A stretch of 64,000 bases of DNA from an uncultured cyanobacterium (GTDB lineage: Bacteria > Cyanobacteriota > Cyanobacteriia > Cyanobacteriales > CAWUOF01), in assembly GCA_963744145.1 (NCBI GenBank), contig CAVUSO010000001.1:6496001-6560000 (forward strand), read 5' to 3'. Below, piece after piece: positions 60,894-64,000 of this stretch; positions within the stretch are counted from its first letter, which is position 1; each line of letters begins with the position of its first letter. The translations under genes and the position numbers were made by a program. The notes below the pieces were generated by a model. It was not told the DNA's origin, made no database searches, and worked only from the letters and a program-made list of their open reading frames with translations.

Positions 60894-62800
60894 CAGCAAT
60901 TCTCATTTTGAAAAAAATCAGAGAAAATTCTCTTATTTAAATAGAGAACTTGTGTCGAAGCATGATTTTTTGACAGATAATTATCATCCGACGCTGAAGA
61001 TAGACAAGTTTTCAGAAATTTGTCCATGAAAAATCGATTTCAACTGATACATCCAGATGAAATTCTCACCCATTTTTTAGGTTTTTTTTGATAAAAAAGT
61101 ACGGGCGTATTGCAATACGCCCCTACCCTTCCTCTTTCAATATATTGATATTTTTCAACTAGAATTTAGTTTTTTTAATGGGACATTCTCGGTGAGAATA
61201 AATGAGAATAAATCTGACCAATTTTTGAACCATAAATATTTTAATAAGGTCCGAATATCCTTAAAGAAAGTAGTAGGGGCGTATGGCAATACGCCCGTAC
61301 TAATAGGTCACGAACTTTTTGATAGATGTAATTAACTAAATCCAAAACAGTATGAAATAAAAAAGCTAGTAAATTCAAAGACAATAATAACTCGCACAAA
61401 TGATTTTCACCATGACCAAAGTTATGCTCTAAATTATAACCGTGATTTTTAAGAACGTTATTACTTTCATTCTCAACTTTCCATCTGCTGCGCCCAGCTT
61501 TGACAATTTCTTCAATATTATTTTCAGTGATTTTATGATTAGTGATCCAATTATTTTGGTAGATAATTTTCTGTGTTTCCTCATTAATAACAGTCACTTC
61601 GTACCAATTAACTTCGAGACTTGATTCTTCATCTTTTAAGGGAACTCTATTAGCATAGCGATAACGATACAGGAGATTTTTTCGCCCATCCCATTGGGGC
61701 TTTTTAATGGTAGTAACTTCTCCACTTTTTTCTAAAAACTCTAGCCATTCATATAAAGTTTTATGCGAAGTTTCTCGACCAACAAAAATAAAATTATATC
61801 CTTGTTTTAGAGCTAATTCACAAATAGGTTGGTGGGCATATAAGTCATCCCCTAAAAGGGTTACAGGATAACCATATTTATTTTGATGATTCTTATTCAA
61901 CCATCTTTTAACCGCCGCATTTTCACAATCTTGTTTTTGATGACCATCCAGGTTTTTAATAAATTCTGGCGCTAAACTAATCACTTGGTTTTGATTAGGA
62001 GAAACTACAATAGGTGTAACACAGCTATGAAAATAGGTGGTAGTTCCATTGCGATGATTACGACGGTTACAATGAGGACAATTTATTTTCTGTGATGAAA
62101 AATATTCGGTGCCATCTAAAGCCATTAAAATTTCTTCATCTAAGTAGAGAAACTTTTTCAAAACTCCGTTTTTATTTAACCATTCATAGACTTCTTGAAA
62201 AGCCATAAATATAGTAGCTGCTGGCACCGGATCTAACAAATTTCTGATTTGATTATCACAGGGAATTTTCTTAATTGAAAATAAACTTTCTGCGTTATCT
62301 TTTCCTTTATTGCTTTTCATTAACCGCTGATGGTCTAAAAAAGATGCTGACTGAGTAAAAAAGATTGAAAATGCAGCCATCACTGCATCTTCTACCTGGT
62401 ATTTCGTATTATTTCCAGGTTTCCTTTCATCAGGTAAGTCATGTAATTGTTGACGTAAAAATTCGATTAATTCAGGGATTTCTAGGGTCGCTGCTTTTTG
62501 AGCCATGTTTGAGTAATTTAACGTGCTGTCAGATTTTTAACTCACCGATTATACCTCATCTGATCACAATTATAAATTTTTATTTTCCTTGAATTCCCTA
62601 TTCTAAAAACCGAACTATCAAACTGGATTTCCCTCGTTCGTTGTCAGGCCATCCTCGATTCTATTGAGTATTTATACTTAGATATTGACCCAATTGTTTT
62701 TTAGCCATTGCCTCTGCCTGAAAAACTGGTTATTTTGTACTATATTTTCAATTCCCAAATCGGGATTAATACTCTATTTTTTTTTAAATGAGAATTGCTG
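60894..62800 (-). mobile_element. Complete insertion sequence (ISNCY/IS4-like DDE), 1907 bp
   Basis: TIRs CAGCAATTCTCATTT at both ends; 9-bp TSD AGATACGTT at 60885-93 and 62801-09. Confidence 0.93.
61241..62506 (-). CDS. DDE transposase with C-terminus frameshifted by a 28-nt palindrome
   Basis: ALDGT, KQDCE, LGDDLY, GRSRWKVENE, LEHNFGHG. Confidence 0.9.
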   Translation of the reverse strand: MAQKAATLEIPELIEFLRQQLHDLPDERKPGNNTKYQVEDAVMAAFSIFFTQSASFLDHQRLMKSNKGKDNAESLFSIKKIPCDNQIRNLLDPVPAATIFMAFQEVYEWLNKNGVLKKFLYLDEEILMALDGTEYFSSQKINCPHCNRRNHRNGTTTYFHSCVTPIVVSPNQNQVISLAPEFIKNLDGHQKQDCENAAVKRWLNKNHQNKYGYPVTLLGDDLYAHQPICELALKQGYNFIFVGRETSHKTLYEWLEFLEKSGEVTTIKKPQWDGRKNLLYRYRYANRVPLKDEESSLEVNWYEVTVINEETQKIIYQNNWITNHKITENNIEEIVKAGRSRWKVENESNNVLKNHGYNLEHNFGHGENHLCELLLSLNLLAFLFHTVLDLVNYIYQKVRDLLVRAYCHTPLLLSLRIFGPY

Positions 62801-62816
62801 AGATACGTTTACCCTG

Positions 62817-63254
62817 TTAATTAAATAAAGGAGATGCAATAAAATCTAATAAAATTTTTTGATGGATTTTACCTATAGGTTGCACACTCTCAGCTTTAGT
62901 GGAATAACGATCGCCACGCTCAATATCTGTAGTTGTCAATAAACCTAGATCCCAACCTTCATTTAGCACTAAGTCTTCCAACCCTACTGTTAGAGGTGCA
63001 TAATACACATGACGAATTACCAGCTCATCACTATAACAACCAAATTTCTGGACTACGGGTGGGACATAAGCAATTTCCTCTAACAGCTCTCGTTGGAGAG
63101 CGATTTCGGGAGTTTCTCCTGGTTCAAGATGACCACCAAATAACCCCCAATGACCAGGATAGAAAATAGTAGGGATATTATCTCTTAATTGGAGCAGAAA
63201 CTGCCGATCGCGATAAAGAATGGCGATCGCGACCTCAACTGGTGATAAATTCAT
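62817..63254 (-). CDS. NUDIX hydrolase
   Basis: GGHLEPGETPEIALQRELLEEI. Confidence 0.92.
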   Translation of the reverse strand: MNLSPVEVAIAILYRDRQFLLQLRDNIPTIFYPGHWGLFGGHLEPGETPEIALQRELLEEIAYVPPVVQKFGCYSDELVIRHVYYAPLTVGLEDLVLNEGWDLGLLTTTDIERGDRYSTKAESVQPIGKIHQKILLDFIASPLFN

Positions 63255-63292
63255 GATTGGTTGGCTGATTGTTTAACTAGTTACAGATATTT

Positions 63293-64000
63293 TTACCAAT
63301 TATCGATTACATCAAGCAATTTTTCCTTAGAAATATAACCTTTACCTAATTCAGAAATCACATCATTAAAAGTAGCAAACTTATCATGTTTTGGATTACT
63401 TATTTCTTTTAATCTATCAGCTATTTTTTTGGCTTTCTTATTACCTAAAAATTCCAGCTTTTTAACAACTTCTCCATAAACTTTAGGATCTGAAATATGG
63501 TTGAAAGCTTCTAACGGTGGTAAAGGTTTTGGTAAATAAACCTGAAAGTTTTCGATCATCTCTGATTTTAGTTGACTACTTTCAAGACTAATATTATGAG
63601 TTATATTTGTTGCCAAACTTTGAATGATAGACTTAATATTTCCCAGTTCTAAGAGAACAGGATTACTAGCATTATTATCAATAGTTTGAGGGCTCTGTAG
63701 ATTCTTAATTGCTTGAACTTGCTCTAAGATCGGTTGGGTATTTTTTCCATCAACAATAAAAACTCTGATTCTGTCTGGTAAACTTGGTTCAAGTTCTCTA
63801 GCTTTTATAAAAGCATAGTATTCAAACTGTCCTGCAATTAGTCGATAAGATTCAACCCCTGTTCTTTGGACAATCGGAATTGTAAGTAACGCTTTGAGAT
63901 TAACAATAGAATGAGCTAAATATTCAATCTCAACTTTTTTTGCTTCAAATTGTGACTGAGTTTCTTCATGATTAATCTCAATGCTATCGATGTCGATCAG
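63293..64000 (-). CDS. ParB/Srx N-terminal-domain-like protein, 5' end outside the window
   Basis: Frame open to the window edge: LIDIDSI...LAHSIV...PIVQRTGVESYRLIAGQFEYYA..KA. Confidence 0.72.
   Translation of the reverse strand: MIDIDSIEINHEETQSQFEAKKVEIEYLAHSIVNLKALLTIPIVQRTGVESYRLIAGQFEYYAFIKARELEPSLPDRIRVFIVDGKNTQPILEQVQAIKNLQSPQTIDNNASNPVLLELGNIKSIIQSLATNITHNISLESSQLKSEMIENFQVYLPKPLPPLEAFNHISDPKVYGEVVKKLEFLGNKKAKKIADRLKEISNPKHDKFATFNDVISELGKGYISKEKLLDVIDNW

Noticed and set aside
1154..63169. Many 60-120-aa ORFs antisense or out of frame within long genes (e.g. 4562, 17150-18800, 20478-21797, 47269, 53153-54136)
   Set aside because: Shadow ORFs with no recognisable motifs.
1..64000. 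Abundant GCGATCGC as a novel repeat
   Set aside because: It is the well-known cyanobacterial HIP1 octamer.

Overview
AT-rich cyanobacterial chromosomal segment with the HIP1 octamer GCGATCGC throughout. The housekeeping backbone comprises tRNA-Leu(GAG), accC, a Pat-type acyl-CoA ligase/GNAT, queE, holA, cobH, cbiET, msrA, malic enzyme, tlyA and two sensor kinases. It is interrupted by decaying accessory patches: (i) a DUF433/PIN toxin-antitoxin (TA) pair followed by an attC-like site after accC; (ii) IS4 and ISL3 remnants plus a fragmented DEAD/DEAH helicase (11.3-16.1 kb); (iii) a conflict locus at 22.8-27.3 kb; (iv) three tandem Uma2 genes; (v) a TA graveyard and a complete 1.9-kb IS near 59-62.8 kb. 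The best candidate for an undescribed system is the conflict locus. A caspase-like protease gene lies 5 nt upstream of a STAND NTPase gene, and the two proteins share a ~45-aa helical-hairpin domain (caspase C-terminus, NTPase N-terminus). This suggests a homotypic adaptor coupling sensor to protease, as in an apoptosome. This copy looks degraded. Other notable items are MITEs, REP-like hairpins and self-nesting 21-28-nt elements, and three enzymes lacking canonical catalytic or ion-binding residues. All family assignments are from motif recognition by eye; no searches were run.
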